Source: Podarcis gaigeae
Taxonomy: Eukaryota
Assembly (NCBI GenBank): GCA_964106915.2
Contig: OZ066916.1
DNA: 64,000 nt
Reading direction: 5' to 3' (one strand)
The first letter of the stretch is position 1, and every line of letters starts with the position of its first letter. Of this stretch, positions 63,101 through 64,000 are shown piece by piece. Made by a program: the position numbers and the translations under genes. Under the pieces are notes generated by a model. The model did no database searches, was not told the origin of the DNA, and was given only the letters and a program-made list of their open reading frames with translations.

Positions 63101-63163
63101 TCCGAAAACCCAACGTCATCCAATTCACTCCAAAGCAGTACCAAACACCAGCAGAAGTCCCAC
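63101..63163 (-). repeat. Inverted partial unit of the 62341-62858 repeat
   Basis: The reverse complement reads tgtgggacttctgctggtgtttggtactgctttggagtgaattggatgacgttgggttttcgga. Confidence 0.85.
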
Positions 63164-63164
63164 A

Positions 63165-63345
63165 TAAGGTCCAGATCTGATTGCACCCCTAAGCTGTGAA
63201 CCTGATCTTTAAGGAGAAATGCAAATTTATCCAAAACAGGTTGAACACTGCCTCCTTGGTCATAGGAAGCACTTAGCAACAACACACACCTCCAGTTCAT
63301 CTGGATTAAATTTCAATGTATTAACTCTCATCCAGATTTATTACT
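63165..63345 (-). mobile_element. Decayed L2 RT fragment
   Basis: The minus strand gives WMRVNTLKFNPD and QPVLDKFAFLLKDQVHSLGVQSD, similar to L2 WMRANKLKLNPDKTE...PVLDGV.LPLKDQVRSLGVLLD. Confidence 0.75.
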
Positions 63346-64000
63346 CCCAGGCACAAATGATACATGGCAAATGGTGGGGGAAAGGGAGAGGTAGTATTAG
63401 ATTAGGTATCACATACAATGAAATTGGTTTCAGGTTTATGATTACACTGGCGTAGATTAGATTCATAAGCATGCATTTATATTGTAGGGAAATCCAGTCT
63501 TTTGTAGTGTTTTAGTTACCTTGCTACTGAGGAGCACAGAGTGGTTAAGGGATTGCTATTCCATGTTATTGCTATTCCATGTATATCCTTTAGAGGAAAC
63601 ACTGAAAGTATGAAGAACCCATTCCAGGCCAGATGGCTGCAGTGGGCTCCCCACTCTCCCCTCATAAAGCACCTCCCAGCCTCCAAGCGATAGTCATTCC
63701 TGTTCATGCAATACTGTTTTGGAACTTCTACAATCCTGTACAGAACAAAGCAACCCAGAAGTTCAAAGTGATTGCTGAGAAACAGATTCCCCTTCTTGAG
63801 ACCTCCTAAGGAGCCTGGAACTGGGTGTTCTAGCTAGCGGTGTCTAGCCAGACAGCTCCACATTAGAGAATGTGCGTCATTTGCTGCCAATTTGCTACGA
63901 GATATCAGCATCTTGTCCAGTGGAGGTCCTTTTCATGTTTTTTCTCTCCTCTTATTTTATTCCATCTGGAGAAGGGAAGAGATTTTAGGGGAATCAGATA

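Overview
This is eukaryotic, non-coding DNA, most likely from a squamate. Ten copies of a Sauria-type SINE, together with Bov-B, CR1 and L2 remnants, point to a lacertid lizard (inference from the repeat content). I found no protein-coding exon, RNA gene or CRISPR array that I can support, so the window looks like an intron of a large gene or intergenic DNA. The ORF track is mostly noise. The only protein-like segments are decayed retroelement ORFs: Bov-B RT C-terminus, CR1 RT, L2 RT and a Ty1/copia protease-region fragment. The window also holds Squam3-like SINEs, five copies of a TA-flanked Tc1/mariner-type MITE, several hAT-like MITEs, three LTRs (two solo LTRs with 5-bp TSDs and one with an adjacent polypurine tract), microsatellites and a 155-bp assembly gap. 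Four structures are the most unusual. (i) A degenerate tandem array with a 141-150 bp period and an inverted unit of the same repeat bracket a copia pol fragment at 62.3-63.2 kb. (ii) A composite MITE carries an L2 3' tail at the same internal position in two independent copies. (iii) A 28-bp-arm fold-back hairpin is built from L2 RT sequence. (iv) Inverted SINE pairs lie close together. Several repeat-free islands rich in transcription-factor motifs may be conserved enhancers, but this is untested. Family names come from recognition of motifs, not from a database search.
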